Source of the DNA: Octopus vulgaris
Lineage: Eukaryota
Direction of reading: 5' to 3'
Length of the DNA: 64,000 nucleotides
Assembly (NCBI GenBank): GCA_951406725.2
Contig: OX597819.1
Location: 122,884,001 to 122,948,000 of the forward strand
Below the pieces are notes generated by a model that saw only the letters and a program-made list of their open reading frames with translations, was not told the DNA's origin and searched no databases. Numbering within the stretch: the stretch's first letter is position 1; each line of letters starts with the position of its first letter. Position numbers and translations under genes: made by a program. Of the stretch, positions 39,555-54,575 are shown one piece after another.

Positions 39555-40846
39555 CGAGGGACGTTCAATAAGTAATGCCTCTGACCCACTTGCATTTGTT
39601 TGATCTAGCTGAAATTTTGCATGTGCAATCATTTATATCTTTATAGAGTAAGTGGCAAATTACAGCTCTGAATTAATTGTGGTTTCTGATTTACAGGTGT
39701 TTGAACCGAGTCAAGTGTGAAATGGAGCCTGTTGAGTGTCGAGCAGTGATCCGGCTTTTGTATTTGAAAGGACGCACACCACGGGAGACTTTTGATGAAA
39801 TGAAAGTAACTTATGGTGATGATGCCCCATCATATGACCTTGTAAAACGCTAGCATCATGAATTCAAACATGGTCGGAATTTTGTGGAAACAGCTCCCAG
39901 ATCTGGTCGCCCCCTTCTGCCATTGATGAGGCATCTGTCCGTCAAGTTGAGGCTGCCATTTTGGAAAATCGACGCATAATTATTCGCCAAATAGCCCATG
40001 AGGTCAAGATTAGTACCGGGTCTGTGGAAACTATCATTCATGACCATTTGCATATGCAAAAGGTGTCTGCCAGATGGATTCCCAGGTTGCTCACGCCTTT
40101 CCAGAAGCAAGAACGCGTCGAGTGCTCGAGGGTGAATTTGGAGATGTGCCAAGAAGATGAGTCAAAATTTTTCAAAAGACTGATTACACAGGATGAAACC
40201 TGGGTCCATCACGATGATCCAGAGACCAAATTCCCAGTCAATGCAGTGGAAGCACCGTGACTCACCCCCTTCAAAGAAGGCAAGGGTGCAGCCCTCCGCT
40301 GGCAAGGTCATGCTCACAGTCTTCTGGGACCAGGACGGAGTAGTGATGACAGATTTCCTGGCAAAGGGTACCACAATTGCAGGAGCCTATTATGCTTCAC
40401 TTTTGAGGAAATTAAGAGAAGTTATCAAAATCAAGAGGCGGGGCAAGATCAGCAAAGGCATCCTCCTCCTGCAGGACAACGCTCCGGTCCACAACTCACT
40501 TGTCGCCAGATCAGAAGCACAGGCGTATGGCTATGAACTCCTCCCCATCCCCCCTACTTTCCTGACATTGCACCCTCTGATTTTCACCTCTTCCCAATCA
40601 TGAAGTTGTTTTTGAAAGGAAATCGTTTCCCAGATGATGCAGCCTTGATTTCTGAAGTCACGTTGAGGTTGGAGGACCAAGCTGGGTTCTTACACAAAAA
40701 CGGTCTCCAGAGCCGCATCAAACGATGGGAGAAATGCGTAACTCTGGGTGGTTCCTATGTAGAAAAAGACTAATAACTGTGCCAAGTTTCGTTGCTCTAC
40801 TACTATGGGAAGTGGGTCAGGGGCATTACTTATTGAACGCCCTTCG
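39555..40846 (+). mobile_element. Full-length mariner transposon, transposase pseudogene
   Basis: TIRs CGAGGGACGTTCAATAAGTAATGCC / GGCATTACTTATTGAACGCCCTTCG, TA duplication; ATG 39722 MEPVECRAVIR; WIPRLL, DETW, DNAP, LAPSDFHLF; stop at ~39851 plus frameshifts. Confidence 0.95.
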
Positions 40847-40851
40847 TACAT

Positions 40852-41009
40852 ATATACGACGGGCTTCTTTCAGTTTCCGTCAACCAAATCCACTCACAAA
40901 GCTTCGGTCGGCCCGAGGCTACAGTAGAAGGCACTTGACCAAGGTGCCACGCAGTGGGACTGAACCCGGAACCATGTGGTTGATAAGCTAATTACCACAC
41001 ACCCACTCC

Positions 41010-41041
<32 letters not shown>

Positions 41042-41054
41042 CCACACAGCCACT

Positions 41055-41058
<4 letters not shown>
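40852..41058 (-). mobile_element. SINE family A head
   Basis: Reverse complement of family A 5' half. Confidence 0.85.
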
Positions 41059-41096
<38 letters not shown>

Positions 41097-41436
41097 AACA
41101 CATCTATACCTACGTACACAGATATATATAGTAACTGGTGGAGTATTTTAATTAGCTGCACGGTAGTTGATGTAATTGTTGTTAAAAAATGTTCGGTTAT
41201 ATTTATAAATCAAACAGTACAAATGTAACGCCCGCAAGATCGAGAATAAAAAATCACCGAAACACAATTAAAATACGGAAGGAATAAAATAAGAGAATTA
41301 TTTGTGATTTTTACGTCATTTATGGATTGTAACTGTGATGTTTATTGTAAAGAAAATATTTTTCGGAAATCCGTGATTTGTGTACGTTTCATTTTTCTGG
41401 TGTTATAACAAGGCTATGAATATAACCATAGCTGAT

Positions 41437-41486
<50 letters not shown>

Positions 41487-41657
41487 CGTACTAAACGTGT
41501 GTGCGGCGGGCGCTCATATATATATACACACATAGATACGCATACATACACACAACCACACACGCACGTATGTATATGTGTATGAATGCACGCATGTATG
41601 GTATGTACAAACATGGAAATAGATATTCGTGCCAAAAATAATAATAGGATATATGTG

Positions 41658-41713
<56 letters not shown>

Positions 41714-41788
41714 TTATATATACATATAATATGTATGTATGTAGTTATATGAATGTGGGTGTTTGTATCTCTCTCTCTCTCTCTCTCT

Positions 41789-41828
<40 letters not shown>

Positions 41829-41902
41829 TATATATTATACACTCATGGATTTGTACACACGCATACATATATACATATGTGCACATATATATATATCTGT
41901 GA

Positions 41903-41937
<35 letters not shown>

Positions 41938-42247
41938 AGCATACATACATGCAGGTATACATATACACACACACACGTACACACGCAGAGAGAGAGAGTA
42001 AGAGAGAGATAAAGAGAGTAAGAGAGAGAGAGAGATGTGTTTGTAGAAGAAATATTTTACGAGTCGTTAAGTTTACCACTTTCGCGGTTGAGTCGTTAAG
42101 GTGACTGGGCATGAAACAAATGAGGTATATATATATATATATTTATAAAGAACATGTGCGCGTGCACACGCACACTCAGTCACACACCCACACATACACA
42201 CACACAGATACACACGAATTATATATACATACATGTACATACATACA

Positions 42248-42307
<60 letters not shown>

Positions 42308-42326
42308 TATATACGTATATATATAC

Positions 42327-42381
<55 letters not shown>

Positions 42382-42537
42382 CATATATATAATGAATCAC
42401 CTGAAAGAAAAACAAAAGAAAAAGCTGATAACCAGGTATGCATACTTATACATGACACATAAGTATGTATATATACATATATATAGATAGATAGATATAG
42501 ATATATGTGTGTATATATATATATATAGATATGTGTG

Positions 42538-42621
<84 letters not shown>

Positions 42622-42994
42622 TACTCATAATGCTTCTAATATATTTTTTTATATTTAATGTTTTATTTTAAGAAAATATTTTCCAGCTATTTGAGATTTT
42701 TGTTGCTGTTTGTTTCTACGTGTTGTATATTTGGCCTTTGTCCACATATAACCTCTTTTTGTTACTATTAGTCACCTTACAGACATTGAGATTGCTTATA
42801 TTTTCTTTGATTCTTAAAGATTTCTGGTGTCAATAAATTACATTGCACCTTTTCAGGATAATATTAAATTTTCGTGCATAATAAATATATATATGTATGT
42901 ATGTATTTATGTATGTATGTATGTATGTATGTATGTATGTATGTATGTATGTATGTATGTATGTATGTATGTATGTAGGTAGGTAGGTAGGTAT

Positions 42995-44775
42995 GTCTCT
43001 CACTAGGGCGTCTAGGACTTTGGTTTTTGCCTTCAGACGTCTGAGGTTATAGAATCGGTCGTCACATCTGTAGTGAATAGTGACACCAGCATCAGTCTTT
43101 GACAGGGCGCGGAAGAGCATGGTGGCATACATGAGGCTGAAGTGTGTGGAAGCCATCACGCAGCCCTGCTTCATGCCATTGTGGATCGGGAATGGATCAG
43201 AGACATCTCCGTTTTCCACAATGCGAGCCAGTATGCCATCATGAAATGACTGGATGATCCTGGCGAGTTTTTGGTGGGTAGCGTAGCTTGGACAAAATAT
43301 CCTACAGGCCCTTTCGACTGACAGTGTCAAAAGCCTTCGTCAGGTCCACGAAGATAATGTAGAGGTTCTAGTTTTCTTCTCGGCATTTCTCTTGTATTTG
43401 CCGTACTGCAAAGACCATGTCTATTGTCCCCCTATTGTTCCTAAATCCGCACTGGCTCTCTGAGACCACGTAGTCCAGCAGGTGATGTGTGATGCAGTTC
43501 AGAAAAACACGGACCATGTTCTTTCCTGCAATGCTCAGCAATGAGATGCCTCTGTGGTTGTCATATGAAGGTCTGTCCCCCTTGTTCTTGTACAGATGCA
43601 CGATGTTGGCATCCTTGAAGTCCTGTGGCACTGACTCTTCGTCCCAGAACTGCTGTATCAGCTCAGTCAACTTGATCGCAACAGCTTCACCTTCCTCTTT
43701 GAAGATGTCTGGGGGTACTCCATCAGGACCAGGTGCTTTCCCCACATATAGTTGCTTGATGGCCTTCTGGATTTCTGCCAATTTTGGAGGGTCATCAAGC
43801 GACACCAGGCCTGGGCGCTGTGGCATGTTTTGGATGGCCTTCTGGTCAATCTGGGAAGGTCTGTTTAGTGGCTGACTGAAGTGTTCACCCCAGCGCTGTA
43901 TGACGTCGCTCTTCTCAGTAAGCAGGGTCACATCGGCAGAGCGCACAGGTGCCATTGCATTTAGCGTGGGGCCATACACGTCTTTTAGGCCGGCAAAGAA
44001 CTTCTTGGAGTTGTGCTCGTCTGCATACTGCTGTAGTTCTGCAGCTTTGTTTTCCCACTACTTGTCTTTCATCTGTCGCAGCTCAGTCTGCACCTTTCCT
44101 CTGATGTTCTAGAGGTGGTCGTGCTTGGCTTGGGAGTCTTTGTCGTTGAGCCAGGCTGTGAAGTCTTCTTTCTTCTCCTGGAGGAGGGTGGTGATCTCCT
44201 TGTTGTTGTGAAACCGGTCTTGGTGTTTCCGTTTTGTGTGGCCAAGAGTAAGGCTAGCAGAGTCATACACCGCATCCCGGAAGTTGGCCCAGGTCTTCTC
44301 AAGGTTTCCTTCTGCTAGCAGATGTTCAAGTTGGTTCGCAAGGTTGGCAAATGAGGGTCTCTTTTGTTTTGGGTTCACTGAGTTTCTGGACGTCCAGTTT
44401 CTTTTTAACATCAGCTTTCTGGCTTCTGTGTCTGCTGACGATAGAAATGAAGAGTCTGCACCTCAACAGCAGGTCATCTGTCCAGCAGTCAGCTCCCCTC
44501 ATTGTCCTAGTGATGCTAACATCCTTGATGTGACGGCCGATTCTTTGACCTCAGACGTCTGAAAGCAAAAACCAAAGTCTTGGACGCCCTAGTGAGAGAC
44601 TTCCTGTTTGCAGACGATTATGCGCTTGCGGCATTGAATGAACCATACTTGCCACTTGTCTCCCAGAAGCAGCAAAAGCCTTCGGACTGACCATTAACCT
44701 GCGAAAAACTAAAGTGATGCTTCTGCCTGCAGCTGGCCTGACACCTCCTGAGCCTCAGATTGAGATTGAGGGCAC
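42995..44775. mobile_element. RTE-clade LINE with 5' inversion (42995-44547 minus, 44548-44775 plus)
   Basis: KAPGPDG, NHRGISLLS, ESQCGFR, DLTKAFD, GMKQGC on minus strand; LVRDFLFADD on plus strand. Confidence 0.9.
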
Positions 44776-44850
44776 AACGATTTGTTCGACTAGAAGCAGT
44801 GCTCCAGCATGGCCGCAATCAAATGACTGAAACAAGTAAGAGAAAAAATG

Positions 44851-44945
<95 letters not shown>

Positions 44946-45732
44946 GAGAGAGCGATATAGAGAGAGAAAGAGAGAGAGTAGAAAGAAAAAACATTTGTAT
45001 CGTGAATTGATTCGTGCTTGCTGTTACAGATAATGAGTTGCGAGAGAATTGCTGAAAATTATAGAAATGCATGTAGCTATGGTGAAAAGATATATGATAA
45101 AGAAGTTTTTTTAACAGATTTGTATATGAACGGTGAAACATATTCAAATGTGTCTCCGTGTGATACACTGATAACAATAAAGTATATACTGCTCGGAATC
45201 TTCATTTTTAGATTATTCCGATATGTTTTCTTAGCGTCGATTCAACATGTGTTACTACTAAGACGTCAAATTGCTGCATGGTTCTCTGGTACACATCTTA
45301 TTGTGAGGCTTCATATTATTCGACAAACTCTCTTAGTTTTTTTTTTCGGTTGCACACACACACACACACACACACGCACACACACACACACACACGCACA
45401 CACACACACACACACACGCACACACACACACACACACACACGCATGCACACTTAAACACACGTACTCACACACACCGGTGATTATCGATAGATACATTAG
45501 ATATATACATAAATATATACACACGTATGTGTGGGACATTTGGCAACAGTCTTGTAATGTAGTCTCGAGGCAACTAAAGCCTTGTGAGTGGATTTTGGTG
45601 GACGGAAACTGAACGAAGCCCGTCGTATATGTGTATATATATGTATGTGTGTGTATATGTATGTCTGTGTTTGTTCCCCAACATCACTTGACAACATATA
45701 TATATATGACAGCCTGTCATATATATATACAT

Positions 45733-45816
<84 letters not shown>

Positions 45817-45840
45817 ACAAAATTGACATTAATTGTGACT

Positions 45841-46015
45841 GAGGGTGCGGGGTAGCACCTACCTTACTGGAAATAAATATTAAAATACCCTTACAGTCGC
45901 AAGGAAGAACATTTTTATATAGACATTTTCATATACGAAAATGTGCTTCCTTGCGGTTCTGACGGTATTTTTCTAACTCTTACTTCTAGCAATGTAGGTC
46001 GTAGCCTACACCCTC
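45841..46015. mobile_element. ~175-bp imperfect palindrome (foldback/MITE-like)
   Basis: GAGGGTG...CACCCTC ends; inner CGCAAGGAAG/CTTCCTTGCG and ACATTTT/AAAATGT. Confidence 0.75.
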
Positions 46016-46037
46016 CTTATTTTATAGATATATATCT

Positions 46038-46163
<126 letters not shown>

Positions 46164-46513
46164 TCTTGAATGTATATATGAAGGTATGCATGTCTAAATG
46201 CACTAAACATGATCGTTTTTGATTTAATGAGCTCATTGCGAATTCCTTTGCGAAAGAAGTTCATTCTCATAAACGCTGCATATTCATTTCCAGAACTAAT
46301 AAACGAACGCTTTCCTTTAAGGGAATTTAATTTTTTATTTTCGTAGGTAATTTCTGTATATTTGAATAACCTTTCAATACTCTTCCAGAGACAATTCGAA
46401 TTCTCGTGTGTTTCTTCATGTATTCAGCAGCTTAGAACATTTTCATACATACATACAAATATATATACATTATTACATTCATACATACATACATACATAC
46501 ATACATACATACA

Positions 46514-46544
<31 letters not shown>

Positions 46545-47046
46545 GTGTATATATACATATATACATACATGTGGAGATGCATGCATACATACATACATAC
46601 AGACAGACAGACAAACACGTACATACATACATACATACATACATTCGTACATACATACATACATACATACATACATACATACATACATACATACATACAC
46701 GATACTTGGTTCTTTAGAAATCTACAAGATCTTAATATTTAAAGAAGGATGAAGAATACAAGACGCTTTCCTTCACAAATTATCTACCATTAGGTGGGCG
46801 GTCAAAATTTAATTTAAATTACAACGGGAAATAGAACATACATATATGTAAACATCCACATACACACATATACACATATATACATATACATACTTACATT
46901 CATACATATATAGAGAGTGAGACACAAAAATATAGATATTGATATATATATATATATATACATATATATATGTATATATATCTCTATGCATATATACATA
47001 TGTATATGTATATATATATATGCATTAATATAATTATAAGTATACT

Positions 47047-47081
<35 letters not shown>

Positions 47082-47433
47082 CCACATACACAAATCCCCG
47101 CACACCCACATTCCCACGAACACTCTCACACGGATACAAACGCAAACATAAACTTATACACACACAAATATATAAAACGAAAACGGGCAAAGCGAAATAT
47201 CTAAGATTAGCTAGTGGCATGTATTTAAACCACTAAAATGAATAAGACTACTTTAATTAACATTCGAGATAAAATCTTGATTCCTTGCTATTTTCCCCGC
47301 ATCGCTGTAAGATAGTATAATCATTTTGTGACAGTTCAGGCACACACCCGTGTATACATACATAAATACATACATACATACATACATACATACATACATA
47401 CATACATACGTACGTACGTACATACATACACAC

Positions 47434-47536
<103 letters not shown>

Positions 47537-47651
47537 TTGTACTGTAGAGTCCAGTGAAACTAACTTAATCATATCTATTTTACACATACTTAAGGACTTT
47601 ATAAAATTAAAATATAGTTTATTGTACTGAACGTTGATAAAGTTATATAAG

Positions 47652-47745
47652 GGCCTGATAATTGGGTCACATTTTAAGAAGGGTTCCAGGGAAACACGGA
47701 GTGGTTTAGGAACCCGAGGATGTACCTCATGAAACACGTGTTGCC
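47652..47745 (+). ncRNA. Hammerhead-like motif with long stem II (G8A)
   Basis: GGC-CTGATAA-TTGGGT.ACATTTT..GGGTTCC..GGAACCC.AGGATGT-ACCTCAT-GAAAC-ACGT-GTT-GCC. Confidence 0.6.
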
Positions 47746-47892
47746 AAGTAATAAAACAGTAGGTATTTAAAATAAAAATAAAAATTATTTTTATTTGGTG
47801 AGATGTAGGGGTCCACTATCTCTAAATTAAAATATATTTCTTCATTGAGAATAATTTGAACCTCTCTCTCACTCTCTCTCTCTCTCTCTCTC

Positions 47893-47924
<32 letters not shown>

Positions 47925-47927
<3 letters not shown>

Positions 47928-48272
47928 CGCAGGAGTGGCTGTGTGGTAAGTAGCTTGCTAACCAACCACATGGTTCCGGGTTCAATCCCACTGCGTGGCA
48001 TCTTGGGCCGACCAATGCCTTGTGAGTGGATTTGGTAGACGGAAACTGAAAGAAGCCTGTCGTATATATGTATATATACATATGTATGTGTGTGTGTTTG
48101 TCCCCCTAGCATTGCTTGACAACCGATGCTGGTGTGTTTACGTCCCCGTCACTTAGCGGTTCGGCAAAAGAGACTGATAGAATACAAAGAAGAAGTCCCG
48201 GGGTCGATTTGCTTGACTAAAGGCGGTGCTCCAGCATGGCCGCAGTCAAATGACTGAAACAAGTAAAAGAGT
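47925..48272 (+). mobile_element. SINE family A copy
   Basis: Head and tail match family A; small internal deletions. Confidence 0.9.
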
Positions 48273-48905
48273 AATATATATATATATGTATGTATAATTT
48301 TAATACGAGGAAATAATTCAGGAGAAAATATTTGCGAATATATCACTGACTCTATTATTATCTCGTGTAACAATTTAAAAATGATAATAACAGAATAAAT
48401 AATATAGGCGATTGCAGCCCCCACCCCAAGAATCATGTAGTTGAAAGATTAAAATTAATGAAAGGGCACACTAGGTATGTCTACCTGCTGGAAATAACTG
48501 TGGAAACTCTTATTTCGTCGATTTAAATAAGCGTTTTCAGTTATTTCCAGGAGGTAGACATACTTAGTATGTGCTTTGATGAATTTTAATGAGTGTGTGT
48601 GTGTGTGTGGACTTGTATGTGCGTGTCTATAAGCACAAGTGTGTGCGAATTTATTCATGAAAGCAAGCATCTCATACCGCTACACACACAAACACATACA
48701 CACACACATATAAGTGCTTCTATGCCCAACTCAGTACACGGTTATCCTCGTATATGGACACACTCCATCCCGCATCATGCGCGCTTCCGTCCCCTATTAC
48801 GAATGTACTCCAGCCAGCCCTTAACCCTTCTCCCAACTGCTTTCTCTCAATCTTTATATCATCGAATCACCGAGTCACATTCGTTATTTTTTCTTAAGAT
48901 AGGCT

Positions 48906-49333
48906 AGCAGGAGTGGCTGTGTGGTAAGTAGCTTGCTAACCAACCACATGGTTCCGGGTTCAGTCCCACTGCGTGGCATCTTGGGCAAGTGTCTTCTGCT
49001 ATAGCCCCGGGCCGACCAATGCCTTGTGAGTGGATTTGGTAGACGGAAACTGAAGGAAGCCTGTCGTATATGTGTATATGTATATGTATATGTATATGTA
49101 TGTGTGTGTGTGTTTGTGTGTCTGTGTTTGTCCCCCTAGCATTGCTTGACAACCGATGGTGGTGTGTTTATGTCCCCGTCACTTAGCGGTTCGGCAAAAG
49201 AGACCGATAGAATAAGTACTGGGCTTACAAAGAATAAGTCCCGGGATCGATTTGCTCGACTAAAGGCGGTGCTCCAGCATGGCCGCAGTCAAATGACTGA
49301 AACAAGTAAAAGAGTAGAAGAGAGTAAAGAGTA
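48906..49333 (+). mobile_element. SINE family A copy
   Basis: Matches 28516-28918. Confidence 0.92.
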
Positions 49334-49942
49334 GCATCGGAAACGTCGAGACAATTTATCTGATTTGGAAGCGTCAAACTGATACACAATTTATTAAAAC
49401 TTGTCCGGCCAGCGGTGTTTTCCTTTTGTTCTCATTACTTTATATATGTAGATATGTGTGTGTGTATGTGTGTGATAAACAGAGAAAGATATGATGGAAA
49501 AAATTAAAAATCGAAGATATAAAGGAAGCATTGTTATAAAGTGACAATATTTGGAGACAAAATAAGAGAAACTTGTAAACATATCCGTTATAAGAGATTA
49601 AATATGAAACTGAAGAAAGAATCACGACTAGACTCGGCGACGGACAAAGGAGCTTGGGAAAAATAAAACGAAGCAGAAGTAAGAAATAAAAAGGGAAGAA
49701 AATTCGAATGATAGAATGAGAATAGAAGAAATAAGCTGAAAAGACAAAAAAAAAAAAAGCGAGTGAAAAACGAAAGAATAAAGGCATGGAGCAGAAGCCG
49801 CAAAAGAAACAAATTTAGACACAGTGAAAGAAAAGTATTTCAATATTATAAAGAAGAGACAATTGAAAGTAAAGGAAGGGCGATTGGAAGGAAATGTTTA
49901 AAGGAAGGTGAGAAGATAAACAAGAAGCAAGGCTAAGTGACA

Positions 49943-49977
<35 letters not shown>

Positions 49978-50128
49978 TAAACACACATTCATACATACAT
50001 ATCTATAGCAATAGAGAGAAGATAGATGAAGATGAGGCATGGTGTAGTATGAAGCAGGGGATGAGAAAAATACAATCACAATAGTAAGAACGAAGTATAC
50101 GAAGACATGGAGAATAATGTAGGCTGGA

Positions 50129-50185
<57 letters not shown>

Positions 50186-50315
50186 CACACACACACGCAC
50201 ACACACACGTACGTTCGTGTGTGTCTGTGTGATGTGAAATCTTTCCATCGTTACTGTAAACACGTTTATGCTTTATTTCTAAAATTTTAAGGCTTTATAC
50301 TTTTTAAATATATTG

Positions 50316-50465
50316 GTGTGTGGTAAGTAGCTTGCTTACCAACCACATGGTTCCATGTTCATTCCCACTGCGTGGCACCTTGGGCGAGTGTCTTTTACTA
50401 TAGCCTCGAGCCGACCAAAGCCTTGTGAGTGGATTTGGTAGACGGAAACTGAAGGAAGCCCGTCG

Positions 50466-50498
<33 letters not shown>

Positions 50499-50499
50499 A

Positions 50500-50550
<51 letters not shown>

Positions 50551-50748
50551 TTGTGTGTCTGTGTTTGTCCACCCAACATCGCTTGAAAACCGATAGTGGT
50601 GCGTTTACGTCCCCGTAAATTAGCTGTTCGGCAAAAGAGACCGATAGAATAATTACTAGGCTTACAAAGAATAAGTTGCTCGACTAAAGACGGTGCTCCA
50701 GCATGGCCACAGTCAAATGACTGAAACAATTAAAAGAGTAAAAGAGTA
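50316..50748 (+). mobile_element. SINE family A copy
   Basis: Matches family A. Confidence 0.9.
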
Positions 50749-50979
50749 CCGAATACGTTCCTTGAAGCTCGTTATGAAGTGCAAAATTCCCAATTCTATG
50801 ATCAATGTGCTTAGACTTTCATAATCACAACTTGAGGAAAAAGTGCTGTTTGTGAAAGTTGCTTTTATTATTTTTGTTTTCATATCAAACATGGCAAATA
50901 TTTATGGTGTTATTAGTATTCCTACTTCCGAAACCATGATGTCTGCCAATATTTTAGCGTTGTACTGTGGTCTGTTGAG

Positions 50980-51480
50980 TTGAAACTCCCTTCGGTCATG
51001 ACTGACCGTGGGATTTCACCTAGAAAGTTACCTTCCCAGCCACAAGTCCGAGCAAGGTTGTTTATGGAAGGCCAGCAGCCGCCCATGCATACCAGCCTCC
51101 CCTCTCCACGCCACCAGTGTTATCCAAGGGAAAGGCAAAGGCCGATGCAGCTTGGTACCTGTGACGGCGCAACTCACTTCTACAGCTGAGTGAACTGGAG
51201 CAACGTGAAATAGAGTGTCTTGTTCAATAACACAACACACAAACCGGTCCGAGATTCGAACTCACAACTTCACGATCGTAAGCCCGACGCTCTAACCACT
51301 GAGCCATGCGCCTTCACACTGTGGTCTATATATCCCACCATTAACCTTCTATTACTGAGATAAATTCGTTTTAATATACATGTGTCTCAAGAACACAACG
51401 CACAACCCGGTCCGGGATTCGAACTCACAACCTCACGATCATAAACTCGACGATCTAACCACTGAGCCATGCGCCTTCAC
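50980..51480 (-). mobile_element. tRNA-derived SINE (family C relative) with tandem ~160-bp duplication of head and flank
   Basis: Head GTGAAGGCGCATGGCTCAGTGGTTAGA..GAGTTCGAATC occurs twice. Confidence 0.8.
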
Positions 51481-52002
51481 ACTGTGGTCTGTATATCCCA
51501 TCATTGACCTTCTATTACTGAGATGAATTCGTTCTAATATATTTGTGTTATTCACTAATGGTTTTCTAAGCTTTCATTTCTTTGTTTACTGCGAAGTGGT
51601 GCAACTGATGTCAGCATATTTTGAGTTGGAAAGGTATCGTGCATATGTGATCAATATTGCACTTAAAGCTGGGAAGTTTACAAACTTCTGGTATGTAATC
51701 GAATTATAAATCATATTGGATATCGAAAAACTTGCTCACGAGCTTATCACCGAGCGTGTAAATCACATTTTTCAAAATTCTGAAAAAGAAGCTGGAAAAA
51801 AACTCGATAACATGATGTGCCTCTGCGAGTAAGGGTTAGTATGTGTATACGTATGCATGCACACACACAGACACACGCACACACACACGCAGATACACAC
51901 ATACATATACACATATACTTATACAGACATAACTATATGTGTATATAAATTTATGTATGTACAAATATATATGTATATATATCATATAGGTATTTATATG
52001 TA

Positions 52003-52080
<78 letters not shown>

Positions 52081-52212
52081 CATGTATGTATTATGTATTT
52101 ATGTACATATAAATATGCATATGTACTTTCATACTTACGCACATACATACATTCGTGCAAACACACGCGCACACACACGTACATGTAATTATGTATATAC
52201 AACGAAAATGTA

Positions 52213-52261
<49 letters not shown>

Positions 52262-52693
52262 ACATATATGTGCATACGTACTTACATACATTCATACATA
52301 CGTGCATACACACAGACACAGACAGGCAGTCACCCACACTCGCGTATACGCACGCACACGCATTTGCTCAGACAAATGAAATGGAATTAAGCGCATTCTT
52401 TATTTAAAATCATTACAATTCTTTCGACACATTCTTACACTTGTGGAACGTAGGTAAGATGTTGCGCATGATTGTGGAAATAAGTTCATCGTGAAATGCT
52501 CTCACCTTTTCACTGCGGGTAGAACGCATCATTCTCGCTACACATGAAACTGAATGAAATGGCAAGTGAATCTAACGAGGTATTTATTTAAACAAACCTC
52601 TATGAAGGCGCATTTTACACCTTGGATGCAAGATATTGACTCCATATCTCAGCTATGTTCTACAGGTGTAAGCATGTTTAGAAGCTATTCAAG

Positions 52694-52725
<32 letters not shown>

Positions 52726-52849
52726 TTATCGCCATACTAATATGGCATTCTTATAAAAATAAGAATAAAGCTGACCGCTTATTAGCTCCATGAGGCCATC
52801 GCCTTAAGTTAGCTATTTTAGAGACTTAGTAATTTTAATATTGACCGCT

Positions 52850-52959
<110 letters not shown>

Positions 52960-52974
52960 AAATATATACTTTTA

Positions 52975-53420
52975 TACTTTGATAGGTTTCGGCCATTATT
53001 GGCCCAGGCCATGTCTAACTTAATAGCACGACCTGGTGAAGTCTTTCAAGTCAGAATTTGGGCACTATGGCCCACTCAAGTAGAGAGTTATTGTTTACAG
53101 AGACATATCCGGGTGTAGGGGATTTATCCGGGATTTCTTGAAGGAATCTGTCCAAAGACTTCTTGAACCCTATAGGGTCAGTTTCTGTTTTAATGTGTTT
53201 TGGTGTAATGTTAAAGAGAGCGGGGCCAATTGAGGTGAAATAATTGTGCCGTATTGTTGTTATGAGATGAGAGTGCGATTTTTGTTTTGGGCGGATGGCA
53301 CGGGGCCCAAGCCTTGGATGTACCTTAAAGGTGATGCCAACATCATTTGGGCAATGCTGATGGAATATTTTCCACATCATGCAGATGATGTAGCGCTCAC
53401 GACGACGTTGAAGAGAATAT
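52975..53420 (-). mobile_element. 3' end of a second CR1-group LINE
   Basis: [33 protein letters not shown], homologous to 39080-39430. Confidence 0.88.
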
Positions 53421-53431
53421 ATGTATGCATG

Positions 53432-53523
<92 letters not shown>

Positions 53524-53542
53524 ATATGTATATATATATATT

Positions 53543-53573
<31 letters not shown>

Positions 53574-53578
53574 TTATG

Positions 53579-53609
<31 letters not shown>

Positions 53610-53640
53610 GTATGCATGTATATATATATATATGTATATA

Positions 53641-53733
<93 letters not shown>

Positions 53734-53806
53734 GTATATATATGTATATATATGTATATATATATATTTATGTATATATATATATATGTATTTATATATG
53801 TATATT

Positions 53807-53843
<37 letters not shown>

Positions 53844-53857
53844 ATGCGTGTATATAT

Positions 53858-53916
<59 letters not shown>

Positions 53917-54090
53917 ATTAATATATATATATATATATATATATATGTATACACACACACAGACACATATATATATATATATTTAAAATAATAAGGGTGA
54001 AAAAGTGAATATTAATTTGATTAATATCAATTTAAAACCAGTGGTCTATCATATTAAATCTGAAGATTAAGAAAAATTATATTACATACA

Positions 54091-54456
54091 TATAAGGGGG
54101 ATGACCACTACGTGGACATCCGTTATACTGGAAGTAAATCCACTATGGTCTTACCACTAAGAAAGGAATGTTCTCAAGAAAATTGAGCAAAACGACAGAA
54201 CGTAAGCGAACAAGACAAATGAAAATAAACAAAAATATAGATTAATCATAAACTGATTTCACTTTTAACACTTACGCAAATTACTTATGTAACTGTCCGT
54301 AGCTCTTGGGTATTATCGTCATTGCAAATATAATTTGCAGAACTATACACGAGACGTCCGAATGAGATTGAACATGTATACAGTTCTACCATTTACACTT
54401 GGGGTTATCTTTCAAAGTCTTCGTTTTGGCACGTTAAAAAAAGTGGTCATCCCTCT

Positions 54457-54460
<4 letters not shown>
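54091..54460. mobile_element. Possible MITE with ~20-bp inverted termini
   Basis: TAAGGGGGATGACCACT / AGTGGTCATCCCTCTTA. Confidence 0.45.
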
Positions 54461-54522
<62 letters not shown>

Positions 54523-54575
54523 GTTTTGGTATTCAGAAGATCTAAAATTTCCCTTCTATTTAATTCCCTGCTATT

